A stretch of DNA of 64,000 nucleotides, taken from contig JBHGNT010000006.1 of assembly GCA_043228905.1 (NCBI GenBank), positions 23,064,001 through 23,128,000 on the forward strand, written 5' to 3'. Under the pieces are notes generated by a model. It made no database searches, was not told where the DNA came from, and saw nothing but the letters and a program-made list of their open reading frames with translations. Both the position numbers and the translations under genes were made by a program. How positions within the stretch are numbered: the stretch's first letter is position 1; each line of letters begins with the position of its first letter. This DNA is from Azolla caroliniana. Taxonomy: Eukaryota; Plantae; Polypodiophyta. Below are positions 46,706-58,662 of the stretch, one piece after another.

Positions 46706-48732
46706 GTAAGTATCTTTATACTTTTATTTAAATTGTTTATCTTGGCTTGCCCTAACCAAATTGATAATTGCATAAACCTCCTCGTTCCAAAATAATTGGA
46801 GACAGTAATGAAGGTATTCCAAGCTTGTTCATTACACATTTGGAACGAGAAAAGTATGAAAAAAGAATGACAAAACGAAAGGAGTTGGAAGTGCCTAAAG
46901 GTTCAGAGACAATGAAAAGTTTCCTACACAGATCTGACCCTTTCTGACAACTACATTAAACACTGTGTTCAACGAGGAAGTGGGTAATATGCTAAACATA
47001 TTACCCAGGAGGCACTATACTTTACTGATTGCTAACATTCCATATGGATTCCAGATCATGGGATCAATGTACGATAATGTGCCATACAAATATCCCCCAT
47101 GTAAAGAAAATGGTGAAAGACATTGCCGAGTTGACCCTTGCACCTTTATGGAGACTCATAATATTCCATAGCATGGGCCAATTATTGCCTGTCACAATAG
47201 CTTTAAAGTCAAGATGTCACGCAACCGAACATATGCATTGGTAAGCAACAAGGTATTTTGATTTACTATTATAAATGTTGTTTTAATATGTTGCAAATTG
47301 TATTCTTAAAACAATCGTATGATGTTAATAGGATTAAAACTAATATCACACATACTCTGGGTGATCGAGTGGTTAGTGGGGTTGAACATCTTTGTGTGGG
47401 GTGGTACGATGTAATTACGAAGAAGAAGGCTTGGGCACATGTCAATGAAAGAAATGTTGTAAACTACATCATGTGCCTAGTGGTAACAAAGAAGTTATGT
47501 CATGTATCTGGCGATATGAGCCTGGTGAACCAATATTAAACACCACAAAAACTAATGAACCGCCTAATCGAGCTGTTTTCAAACCCAAATGATTGGGTTT
47601 TAGATTTGTTTTTTGGCACAAGTATAGAATATAAAACGTGTCACATCAACTTAGATTAACGTATAGTCAATTCTTCAGTATGATGTCACATGTGCAATTT
47701 CATTCTACTGTCAAGTAGTACTACAACATGTGCCTTAAAGATGTTCAGGAACTCTGTTGCATTAGAGAAGAACCCTACGCAGGTTAATTTCATCAAAATG
47801 AGGATCCAAGGTATCTAGCACTATCTTGATCAAGACTAAGAAGTTGGGGAAAACCATATCAATGAAACTGAGATGTTTCAAATGACTTCTAGAGAACCTA
47901 TGGAACCTGTAGATGAAGAAGCAGGGGATCTTGTTGAATTAGAATACGTGTTAGAGTGTGAACATACTAACGATTCAACTGAGCGTACCAACGAACTAGC
48001 CAATGAGGACAATCCTGATGAAAGAGCTAATCTTGAAGAGGTAGCTTATGTGTTGGATTGAATGCATATGGCTTATTGTAAAATTTGAAAAATATGAATT
48101 GTTAACTTTTGACGTAATATATAAGTTGATCTTATTTATAATTTTTGTGTAACACGCAATGAACTTAGAGATTAAATATAATTTGTATGTGTACATGTTG
48201 TCTAAAGTCTCCTTTATCGTATGGGGTATATGGGAGATAAAATTATAGTCTATCATTTACTCGTATGATTAGAATGATATTGTAGAGTAGTTTATTTATA
48301 CATTGACGGTGTTATGTATCACATGTCAATGGAATTTTTCTCTCCACATAGTAGTATCTCTTAATTGCAAGGTTCACAATTTGCTTTAAGATATATTATA
48401 TATAAATATACGCACATAATTAGAAGAAATCACTTATTTAGTGGGTTATGCTTTTTAGAATATGCACAACGTGTTACTATTATACTTGCGTTGACGACTA
48501 TACCCTTCTCAAAGATTTGGACAAAAACATGGTAGATAGAATGTTTGTTGAATAATTTTGTTGTCGTGATATTAGTTAGTTCTATTTTTCGCTATGTTTT
48601 CATAAACCACATACGCATGCATCGTGCATTTTTAAAATTCTGCTTAAATAAGGCATTTTTTAACATCTCACTAAGATATGAAAAAAAAAAGAATTTGACA
48701 TATTACCTGTTTCAAATGACCCGGTGTTAACT

Positions 48733-49950
48733 ATGTCTGTCCCTAAAGTAGCACCTCACTCACCTTGTCAACCAAGGTTCAATGGAAAGTGACTAACATG
48801 AAACTTCCATTTCACAATCTCATATAAACTCAGCAAGCAATTAACATGTAGTTTCAATGTCACAATGTAGTGCATATAGGTGAATACTCCTCTCTTTGTA
48901 ATCTAGGAATTACTAAATATGTATTTACTGTTTGTAGATTGAGAGAAAAAGAAAACGTCTTGAAAATGTGTTCAAATATGGTTAAGAAATTAAAAAGAAG
49001 TTCTTGCAACAACAATATGGTGGAGGTTACCCATTTGCCTAAAAGTTATTGCCATAGCCTACATAGAAGGACAAGATAAACTTTCTAGCACACTAATACA
49101 CAAAAGTCTTGGCCGGCTCTTTTGGAAGTCTTGCACCAAACCCTTTGCTCTAGAATCACAATTGGGAGGTGAGGAAGAAGTGGCCGAACAGTTGTAATTC
49201 CTGTAGTAAAACTATAGACAACAAAGAAAAAGAAACAAAACAGAGATAACTCACAAAATCATTTAGTGGCATATCCAAAAAATTGATTTGGCCTTTTACA
49301 CTATGTATCATAAACAATCATGATTTGACTACTTTCGATATTCCATGGAAAACCATGTACTAACGTCTACATTAACTATAATTGTATTGTTGCCCTCTGA
49401 GTTATCCATACACATCAAAGTTGGTGTCACACCTCAAGGTACTAAACCTAACCCCCAAGAATTTAGTTGGATTATGGTCTTGTTGTAGCCTCTTATCAAC
49501 TTATTTTCTTGGAGCTTTTCGTATGTTATTCTATGGTTTTATCTTGACTCGGATTGTACCCAAGTCTCTTGTGAGGTTTGTCATCCATGGTAGGCTCCTA
49601 TGTTGTAAATCCACTTGTGGGAGAATCCCTTTCATACATAATGTGTTTCAATATGCACGATGAAATGCATGTCATAAAAACTTAACTTTGCAAAACATCT
49701 TTTTTGCTGGCATAGATAGGAAGAGAAAACAATATACTAGTAACTACATAGAAAGTGAGAAAATTCAATGAAGAAGAAACTATGTTTCATAAATGGATTA
49801 AAGGCAATGGATACGAAGGAAAATTGCTCCTAAATGAATAAAAAGAGAGAGATAGTGATTTTCTTGAAAATGAACTTTACCAACACATATATTGTAGCTC
49901 ATTGCACACGTAAAGAGCCGCACGCAACCTATAAAAGAGCAGGTAGGTAA
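48733..49950 (+). repeat. Diverged paralogue of the P450 upstream region (with 36801-37010) vs 50535-52060
   Basis: Collinear similarity ending at the TATA-box segment CACGCAAC(C/T)TATAAAAGAGCAGGTA. Confidence 0.85.
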
Positions 49951-50329
49951 CATCCAAAAGAGCAGTTTACCTAATTGGATTCGTCTTCCAAAAGTACAAG
50001 GGTTCAACTGAAGCTCAAAGAAAACGTCAAATGGACTTTAAGAAATGGTGGCGAGGGCTTCACTTATTTTCAGATACAACTTTTGGTATGAAGTGCAATT
50101 ATGCCATACCTTCTTTTTTATTGCATAGCTTGTAGATTGTGCTCCATTCATTTCTTATATGATATCATCTGTTTGATCAGATGTTGGTATCAGCTTTTGT
50201 ATTACAATAGAGCTGAGATGAAATGTCTCCTTCTGTTTTCTATATGTACATTTCTCAAGTAATATACTAAGGCGTATCTATCTTGGGGAAAAAAAATCCA
50301 AGATTGTGGAATATACATAGTGTACGAGG

Positions 50330-50530
50330 TGCAATTTTATGGTGGACATTGCCAAGAGATTGAGTTCTTCCCCGTCATCATTGATCATGCCTTCAGGTCT
50401 CTTGGATTCACCACTCGGTGACCATAATTTGTTTCTTTCAATCAGAACATCTCTCATCTACTTCTTTGACAAAGCAAAATTGGATCCGTCAAACTTGCGA
50501 ATCTCAAGGTGGTATTTTCTACTAATAGAG
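50330..50530 (-). pseudogene. Copia gag N-terminal fragment
   Basis: KFDGSNFAL...MRDVL...KRPEGM...ELNLLAMSTIKLHL. Confidence 0.7.
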
Positions 50531-52024
50531 TGATTTCTATAGGCACTAAAGGAACCACCACGTGAGGTATTCGAAACCTCAAACATTTCGAAGCCATTAT
50601 ATGGTAATGAGACTTAGTGAATTGTAGCCTTAAGCACCTAAGAATAGTTGGGATGCTTCTTGCTAGTTGATTTCAAGCACAACTTTCACCATGAGCAAAA
50701 ATGATGTCTACACAACTATCAGCATGGGCCGAAAAAGGAACTCTGTATGTTCCTAGAGTAACACTTCACTCATATGTTAGCCAAGGATCATTGGAAAGTG
50801 ACTAACACGAAACTTCCATTTCACAATCTCACATTAAGTCAATAACCATTTAATATGTAGTCTCTATGTCACAATCTAGTGCACATAGCCGAATACTTCC
50901 TCTTTTTGTAATCTAGGAATCAGTAAATATGTATTTACTATTTGTAGATTGAGAGAAAAAAAAACTCTTGAAAATGTGTTGAAATGTGGCTGAGAAATTA
51001 AAAATAAGTTCTTCCAACAACAAGAATGTGGTGGAGGTCACCTCACTTGCCTAAAAGTTATTGCAACATCCTACACATAGAAGGAAAAGATACAATTTCT
51101 ACCACCTTGATACACAGAAGTCTTGCACCAACCTCTGCCACCATTGTGGGGGGTTGAGGAGGAAGTGACCGAGCAGTTGTTATTCTTGCAATACAACAAT
51201 AGACAACTGAGAACAAGAAACAAAACGGACATGACTCACAAAATCTTTTAGCGGAATACCCAAAAAACCGATTTGACCTTTCACATTGTATCATACACAA
51301 TTATTGGAAATATAATATGATCAAAATCACGTATTATGAGCCTTCTCGGCTTAATTATAAAAGAAGATAATTTAATGCCAGAAGGGTAATAATTATGTAA
51401 TATTGTTTCTTAGTGTAGTGGTTTCCAAAAACATGTCAAAAGTGGATTCCCATTTCTCTCTATGGAGAGTTTATTGTGCAACTCTATCTCATGAGTTGTC
51501 TACTTTGGACATTCCATTGGAAACCATGTACTAAGTTGGTTGTATTGTAGCCCTCTAGGTTGTGCATACACATCTAAGTTTGGCGCACATCTCAAGGAGC
51601 TAAACGTAACCCGCAACTATTTAGTTGGATTATGGGCTTATTGTAGGCTCTTCTCATCTTATTTTCTTCTCTTATAGTAAGTTATTGTATGGTTTTATCG
51701 TGTCTCTTGCGAGGTTTGTCATCCACGATAGGTTTATATGTTGTAAATCCACTTGTGGGAGAATCCCTTTCATACATGATTTGTTTATATACGCACAATG
51801 CAATGCATGTTATAAAAACTTAACTTTGCAAAACCCATTTTTAGTTGGCAGAAATGTAAGAGAAAACAATATACATAATACTACATGAAAAGACACAAAG
51901 TCAAAGTAGAAGAAGAAATTATGTTCATAAATAGATCAAAGTAAATGGATAAGGAAAACTATTCCTAAATGAATGGAACAGAGAGAGATAATGATGGCAA
52001 TAGTGTTTGTCTTCGAAATGAACT

Positions 52025-52051
52025 TATAAAAGCCACACGCAACTTATAAAA
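52025..52051 (+). promoter_or_regulatory. Candidate TATA boxes of the P450 gene
   Basis: Two TATAAAA motifs 20 nt apart, ~70-95 nt upstream of the ATG; one is conserved in the paralogous region near 49930. Confidence 0.6.
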
Positions 52052-52118
52052 GAGCAGGTATGAAGCTAACCTATGTATCAATAGCCAGAGAGAGAGAGAG
52101 AGGAAGAGAGAGAGGGGG

Positions 52119-53905
52119 ATGGAAGAGTGGTGGTCATTATGGGCACTCCTATTTCTGGGCATCCTGGGATGGGTGCTCGTATTGCAGTATGTCCACCAAA
52201 CCAGCCTTCTAAACAGCATATGGAAGATGAAGAGGAGGAGCAGTCCTGAGCTCCTCCTTATACCTCCTCCTCTTCCATCACCTCCAGGGCGCTTACCTCT
52301 CCTAGGACATCTACACCACTTACTTTTGTCCGGAAAACCTCTACACCTATGGCTCCATCACCTGTCCACACAATATGGCCCCATCCTCTCCTTCCAATTG
52401 GGCTCTATCCCCTTCCTCCTAGTCTCGTCTCCCGACATGGCCCGCCTCGTCTTGCATACCCATGACCTTACATTCGCTTCGCGCCCCTATTCTTCGGCAT
52501 CCGCCGCTGCCCGATTTACCTACAACCGCAGTAGCCTTTCGTACACTCCATATGGCCCGTATTGGCGCAAGGTAATATAAATTCTCACCAATAAGATCAT
52601 GATCTCGTTTTTCCTTACTATAGAGAAAACGTGGGAATGTTTAATTTCTCATTGCAGGTGAAGGGGTTGTACATGACTAAGCTTTTCAATATGCAAAGAT
52701 TGCAATGCTTCAAGCCAATTCGAATGGATGAGATGGTGGGTCTCATTCGTTCCGTGTGCGAGGATGTCGCGATTGCTCAAAACATGCGCACAAAGTTACA
52801 AGTGTGGGCCTGCAATCTCATCTCCAGAATGACAATGGGAAAGAACCTCAATAACATTTCTATGATCACCAAAGTGCATGGCCCGATGCTTCTGGAGGCT
52901 ATCTGCAAATCATTGATCCTCATCGGCCGCCCTAATTTTAATGAACTTATGCCGTTTTTGAAATGTCTCGACATACAAGATCTCGAACGGCGTACCAATG
53001 AATCATTTGAGAAGATCGACACCATATTTCAAAGAGTCATAGATGATCGGCGAAATATCGGCCCTCACGGTTATGAAAATGATATTCTCGACATTCTAAT
53101 GGCCTTTCAAGGAGATAAGAATGCAATGTCTAATGGTATTAGTTCGGATGATGATATCATCAAAGCCATATTATGGGTAACTAACTATGTATATGGAGTT
53201 TCCTTCATTTCCTGTGTTTTCTTCATTTCAATTTATCAGAATAGTGATGGTAATATTTCTAACTGGCAGGACTTGTTTACGGGTGGGATGGAAACATCCA
53301 GTGTAGTTGTGGAGTGGGGATTAGCCGAACTAATGCGGCACCCCGAAGTAACAAGGAGACTACAAGACGAGCTGGATCGTGTCATTGGAAAGGATAGGCT
53401 GATGAGTGAAGAAGACATATCCAATCTTCCATACCTCCAAGCAACTGTGAAGGAGGTAATGAGGGTGCATCCTGTGGCACCATTGCTAGTCCCCCATGAA
53501 TCAACGCAGGCATGTGAAGTTGCTGGATTCTATGTGCCGGAGAAGACCAGATTACTTGTGAGCAATTGGTCTCTCTCAATGGATCCCAACACTTGGGAGG
53601 AGCCACAGGAGTTTCGGCCCCAACGATTTCTGAATTCGGACATAGATGTGAAAGGTCACCATTTCCAACTGTTGCCATTTGGGGCGGGCCGGCGAGCCTG
53701 CCCTGCCATGAATCTTGGCCTCCTCAATGTCCACCTCATCTTAGGTTCCTTGGTTCATTCCTTCGAATGGACATTACCCGTGGGCATCCAAGAAGTAGAT
53801 ATGAGCGAAACATTTGGCTTGTCACTCCACAAAACCAACCCTTTGGTTTTGGCAGCATCGCCAAGGTTATCTAAGGATGCATATGTATCCCCAACAAATC
53901 ATTAG
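52119..53905 (+). CDS. Cytochrome P450, CYP71 clan (A-type); exons 52119-52571, 52658-53176, 53270-53905 (535 aa)
   Basis: N-terminal TM anchor, PPPLPSPPGRLPLLGHL hinge, PYGPYWRK, I-helix GGMETSS, KEVMR (ExxR), PQRF, FGAGRRACP heme motif; GT-AG phase-0 introns, the second at the conserved A-type position. Confidence 0.95.
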
Positions 53906-54116
53906 ACACCATCTACTCCACCATGTATATGTATATGTATCAAAATGTGTTCTGGTTAGAGGACTTAGATTCGAGGGTGTAGATGATAATGAAACTACCG
54001 AACAACATGTTATTGTGAAGCTTTATTACAATTCTTGCGTCTCTGGAAAATCGTCACACATACAATGTTAGATTACAACTTACAAGGTACTTCTAAAGAA
54101 GATAATCCATGCCTAG

Positions 54117-54220
54117 GAGGATGCATATGTATCCCCAACAAATCATTAGATGCATATTGAGAGGAGTTTAGATCCGAGGGTGTGACTAATAACGAAACTA
54201 CTAAAGAACATGTTATTGTG
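54117..54220 (+). repeat. Short duplicate of the P450 stop-codon region and 3' UTR (53873-54020)
   Basis: AGGATGCATATGTATCCCCAACAAATCATTAGA repeated. Confidence 0.8.
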
Positions 54221-54890
54221 TATCGGGCAGTTCGTCACACATTCGACATCGCGTTTTCTGTAAAGGTGCATACAAAGGAGATAATCTTTGTCGAGGAGTG
54301 TACCTCTTTGTTTTCTAAACATTGTGGGGTGGAAATTGTGGAGTAGTTTAAAATTTAAGGTTAGAGCTCTAGGACACTACAAGGGACACATTTGACAAAA
54401 AGTTGGTAACCCAAACATTTCAAATGTGACCAATGTTTCGTGTGCCATAGATACATAGAATTGTAAAAACATACATGTATACATACCTTCACGCACACAC
54501 ACACACACACATATATCTATGCCTATGCATCTACATATAAACATATCAACGTACGACATACCTACCTACATACATAACTGCATACATATGCATGCTTCTA
54601 ATCACACATGTTTCTTGGTAGTACCTTTTGGGCCAGGTTGAGATAGACCTTGGTGTTGGCCCCATTGATGAGCCCTAGTTTGTTTTGGGAATCTCTCTTA
54701 GTGGGGGAAAGAACATGGATTAAAGGTACCATACCTCCATATGAACATCACATCTTGAGCACCTAATTAAAACGCTTCAAGAAACATTCATATGAATGAA
54801 ACGATGTTAAAACATTTGAATGAAATGTTGGATGCTTTGCCTTGATCACCACACTTGTCCAACTAGTAGCGAGGGATATATGTGGTTCCT

Positions 54891-55212
54891 TAGTAACACC
54901 ATCCTATTCCAAATTGAATACTTCTTAATGTCCACAATTGACTTCATTCATTTAAAAATGAGTATCGTTCTAAATACAAAATGTTATAATGGCCAATCAT
55001 AAACATGCAACAAACCAACTAGATTTACCCTTAAAGCATTCCAATAAGATAGTAACACCATCCTATTCCAAATTGTATACCTCTTAATGTCCACAATTGA
55101 CTTTATTCATTTCAAAATGATTATCATTCTAAATACAAAATGTCATAAAGGCCAATCATAAACATGTAGCAAACCAACTAGATCTACCCTTAAAGCATTC
55201 CAATCAGATAGT
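54891..55212. repeat. ~160-bp tandem duplication
   Basis: TAGTAACACCATCCTATTCC...AAAGCATTCCAAT twice. Confidence 0.9.
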
Positions 55213-56580
55213 ACTGGAAATCTTGAAGTCCTAGAATATTCAAAACTTTGTGCATGTCATGCGTATATGTATATTTGTTCACCTATTTAACAAATATTAT
55301 AAAAATCTCGAACCATAATATGTTAAGTCGTTTTTTAAAACGGCTTAAACCGTGCACTATTAAGCTAACGAAGGTTCATACCAAACCAAATCACCTTAGA
55401 CCCCTCAAACCACATCAAATTATTTATTTTGTTTTCCAACTTGATTTGAAACAAACCCAACCATTTAAACCATTAAGCTGTTAAGCCACACTTTACGGGA
55501 TTCATTTTGCTCAAAGTTGAACCATTGCTAATTGTTATAAAGACATGTATCTTAATTTGACATCATTGTTTTGTCCAAAAGAACCTCTTTTATTGTTTAG
55601 TTAAAATAAGATAAGCATCAGATTTTTTAATTGATCTCAAAAATATATAGTTACAAGAACTCACTCAAAAAAAAATTCGGCTCTGCACCTCACACTCTTC
55701 TATTCATGATCACGCTCACAATGAATATGTTGGATAAGAACATGATAAGGAATTATCATTATTTTCTCTTGAGTGTTTGATCGGATCGTCAACTAGATCT
55801 AGGCACATACACTCCTCATGTTCGACCTTCCTAACCTCCTTCATTCTATGCTTTACTTAAAATGCATAAGTGGTGTGGGTGAAAGCAACCTATAGTGTAC
55901 TCACTTTTGGCCAAATTTCTAGTACTTATTTGTTGAATCTAAAAAGCATATAAACTTTAAATTAATCCAAGATTTAGGAATAAAAAGTTGATCATCACTT
56001 CTCCTAAAGTTAAATGTCACATTTAATGAGATTTTTTCTTTCAAATAAAAATACACTCACACACATCGGTTTACTCTTATGTGTGTGCCCATGTTTCCCC
56101 CATAGTCCAATCATGTGCATCTAAGGTTGTTAGTGCATATGTCGTGGTACAGTTGTATGGAATTATTATCACTAAAAAGATCTCTCTCTCTCTCTCTCAT
56201 TTGGTGAAAACACACAATTATATTAATAAATGTGTGTGGAAACATTACTTACAATGGGTGTGACAATGGAATATCATCACCCACTAACTACACTACATGT
56301 GTAGTGGAACATGTTGAATTGCCAATAGGCAAGACGAACAATCCACTGAGGAAAGAATTTCCACTTGCTCCAATAAAGAAAATTGCCACGTTAGTACTCC
56401 CTTCAACTTTTGTAGATATGCTTTCACTCCATGTCTACCATCGAATACAAAAGCGTTGCGCATATTCCAATTATGACACAATCCCCAATATCTCAGAAAT
56501 AGAAAAACGATCTCCATCTCTTATTTTGGATCAACCTGTGTAAATTGTGCAAACACCGACTATCTAGGTGTCAAATAACA

Positions 56581-58662
56581 CCGTGATAAGACTTACCAAA
56601 ATTGAGAAATGTAACCCCAAATCTGACAAGCAATCAGACATTGTATATAAATCGATGAGTACTATCTTCCATTTGAACAATGCAAAAAAACCAATTGCCC
56701 GTTGCTAATCCACGATGCTTTAGAGCTAATCCCAAAGACAATCCTCTAATCAAAACTCTCCAAATTAAGACCTTAGATGATCAAATTTATAAGATTTGCC
56801 ACCACCCATGATCAAATTTGTGTATTCTCTATTCTTCTTTAGCCTTAGATGATAATCATCCAAGAGACTAAACAAAGCAATGATACAAAAGATTAGTAGT
56901 CACTTGTAGCAACAACGCTTGACCCTTTAAACACCAATCAATCCACGGTTGTTCTCCTATTCGTAAAGGTAAGGGACCTTGCATCAATGGAATATTTTGT
57001 AGTTGTTGCCAAATAAACCGATAATTAGGTGGAATGCATAATAATTATCACGCTTCAACAGACTCAAAAATTCTTTCAGATAAAGCCTCAACTATATCTC
57101 CCACCTCTTTGACCCCCAAACGATTAAATTGAGAGCGCAATCTCTCCTTTCCTAGCCAACATAATAATCTTCCACAACAAATATTGAAGAGGTTGCAAAT
57201 ATTCCTCAACTTGCTAGACATCCATTAAATCAATGGACCATTTGTAACATTCATTCCTAATGCATATCCCAAGTGTCAAAAAATAGAGTCTTTCTTCACC
57301 ACAAATACTTGCCATCCTAAACATTCCAAATCCTTTTCAATACATGATATGAGACTAGACTTCCTCCAATTAATATGTAATCCGGAAGCCAATGCAAATT
57401 GGTTCCATACAAGCATCCCCTTCTCAAGATTTGCTCACGAGGCTTGTAGAAACATGAAAGAATCATCAACCAAAGCTTGTGCTACAAGTTGCCCTCCAGA
57501 CGGAAGGTTTAGACCCACAATGTCACCATTTGTTGCAAACCTTGATAACATCACTAACAAGGGATGAGTAACAACAACAAACAACAATGGACTAAGAGGG
57601 CATCCTTCATGAATGAATCTTGTGTGAAGGAAATATCTAATATAACTCGGGACCCCCATTAAGGATTACCGAGACACCGCATCTTGTCCTAATAAAAATA
57701 TGAGGCGAGACATGAGGTCCAAAGCACATTGTATGCATTAAACTAGAAACAAAGGAACAATGAACATGATCATAAGCTTTCTCCATATCTAATTGCACAA
57801 TAATCAATTCTTGATGATTGTTTTGAGCATAATCCATGGCCATTTGAACATTCAACACATTATGCAATATATTCCTCCCTGCAACAAAACCATATTGGGC
57901 AGGATGTATCAACTTTGGAAAATACTTTTGTAATCTATTTGCCAAGACCTTTGTATCAACTCCACCATCAAAGAAATAAGTCTCCATTAATGAAATGATT
58001 TGGGAGATGTCACCTTTGGAACTATTTTGATTAGACGAACCTTCCAAGCTTGAGGCATATGACGAGAATCCCAAGAATGTTGAAACATCAAAGTTAAGGA
58101 CCCCTTAAAAATGTTGGAATATCGCTTAAAAACTTCATTTATTAAGCCATCCCAACCAGGGCTCTTAACACTCAGAGGATGCCTTAAAACTATGTCCACG
58201 TCATCCTCAGTGAAATCCGCATCCAATTCATGGCTAATGAGGTCATGTAGAATGAATGTTCAATTCGGAGACGCCGAACCAACAAAAGCCCCAGTGGAAG
58301 AGGCGCAAACACCGCGACAACAAGGGTGTTGAGAAAGGCCGCAAGAGCAGACAAGCTGACAGGAAGAGTCGAGGTGCGCGGAATTGAACGGGTTGAGGAG
58401 CGCGAGCGAGGCGTGAAGCCAGGAGAAGCTGGAATGAAAATCCAAAAGAGAAGGCGGAACCTCAAGTTGAGCTTGAGGGGGAGTGTTGAGATACAAGCTC
58501 AACATTGGGTGCATAAACTGGTGCGTAAACTGGGTGAGCAACGAGAGGCCGTAGCGGTGCTCAAACCGGGAGGCCATTGGATAGATATTCCGTGGAGGAA
58601 TATATTCTTGGGACTTAGTGTAAGGGCTCATTGATGAGCATTGAAGTACGACGTGTCAGTAC
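56581..58662. repeat. Segmental duplication, copy B (L1 RT remnant + old LTR), continues at 63965-64000
   Basis: Near-identical to 22259-24470 apart from a ~125-bp deletion near 57199. Confidence 0.95.

Larger units (their letters stand above)
42328..48061 (+). pseudogene. Transposon-borne ParB-like + beta-class N4-cytosine/N6-adenine DNA methyltransferase gene, decayed and split by a Gypsy insertion
   Basis: YYVIGGSYS..VRRQL and EEAKLLAWNHN (ParB-like); LP..YTLLIANIPYG (motif IV, NIPY at 47034-47045); VNQY*TPQKLMNRLIELFSNPNDWVLDLFFGT (motifs X/I); TTTCALKMFRNSVALEK; GT-AG intron 47241-47331. Confidence 0.75.
37011..48728. mobile_element. Sola-like (DUF7869-type) DNA transposon with methyltransferase cargo, invaded by retroelements
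   Basis: 30-bp TIRs 37011-37040 and 48699-48728 (27/30 match), 4-bp TSD AACT, empty paralogous site near 50731-50750. Confidence 0.85.

Noticed and set aside
52631-53905. Single 424-aa P450 ORF
   Set aside because: Includes part of intron 1 and all of intron 2; the spliced 3-exon model fits the P450 motifs better.
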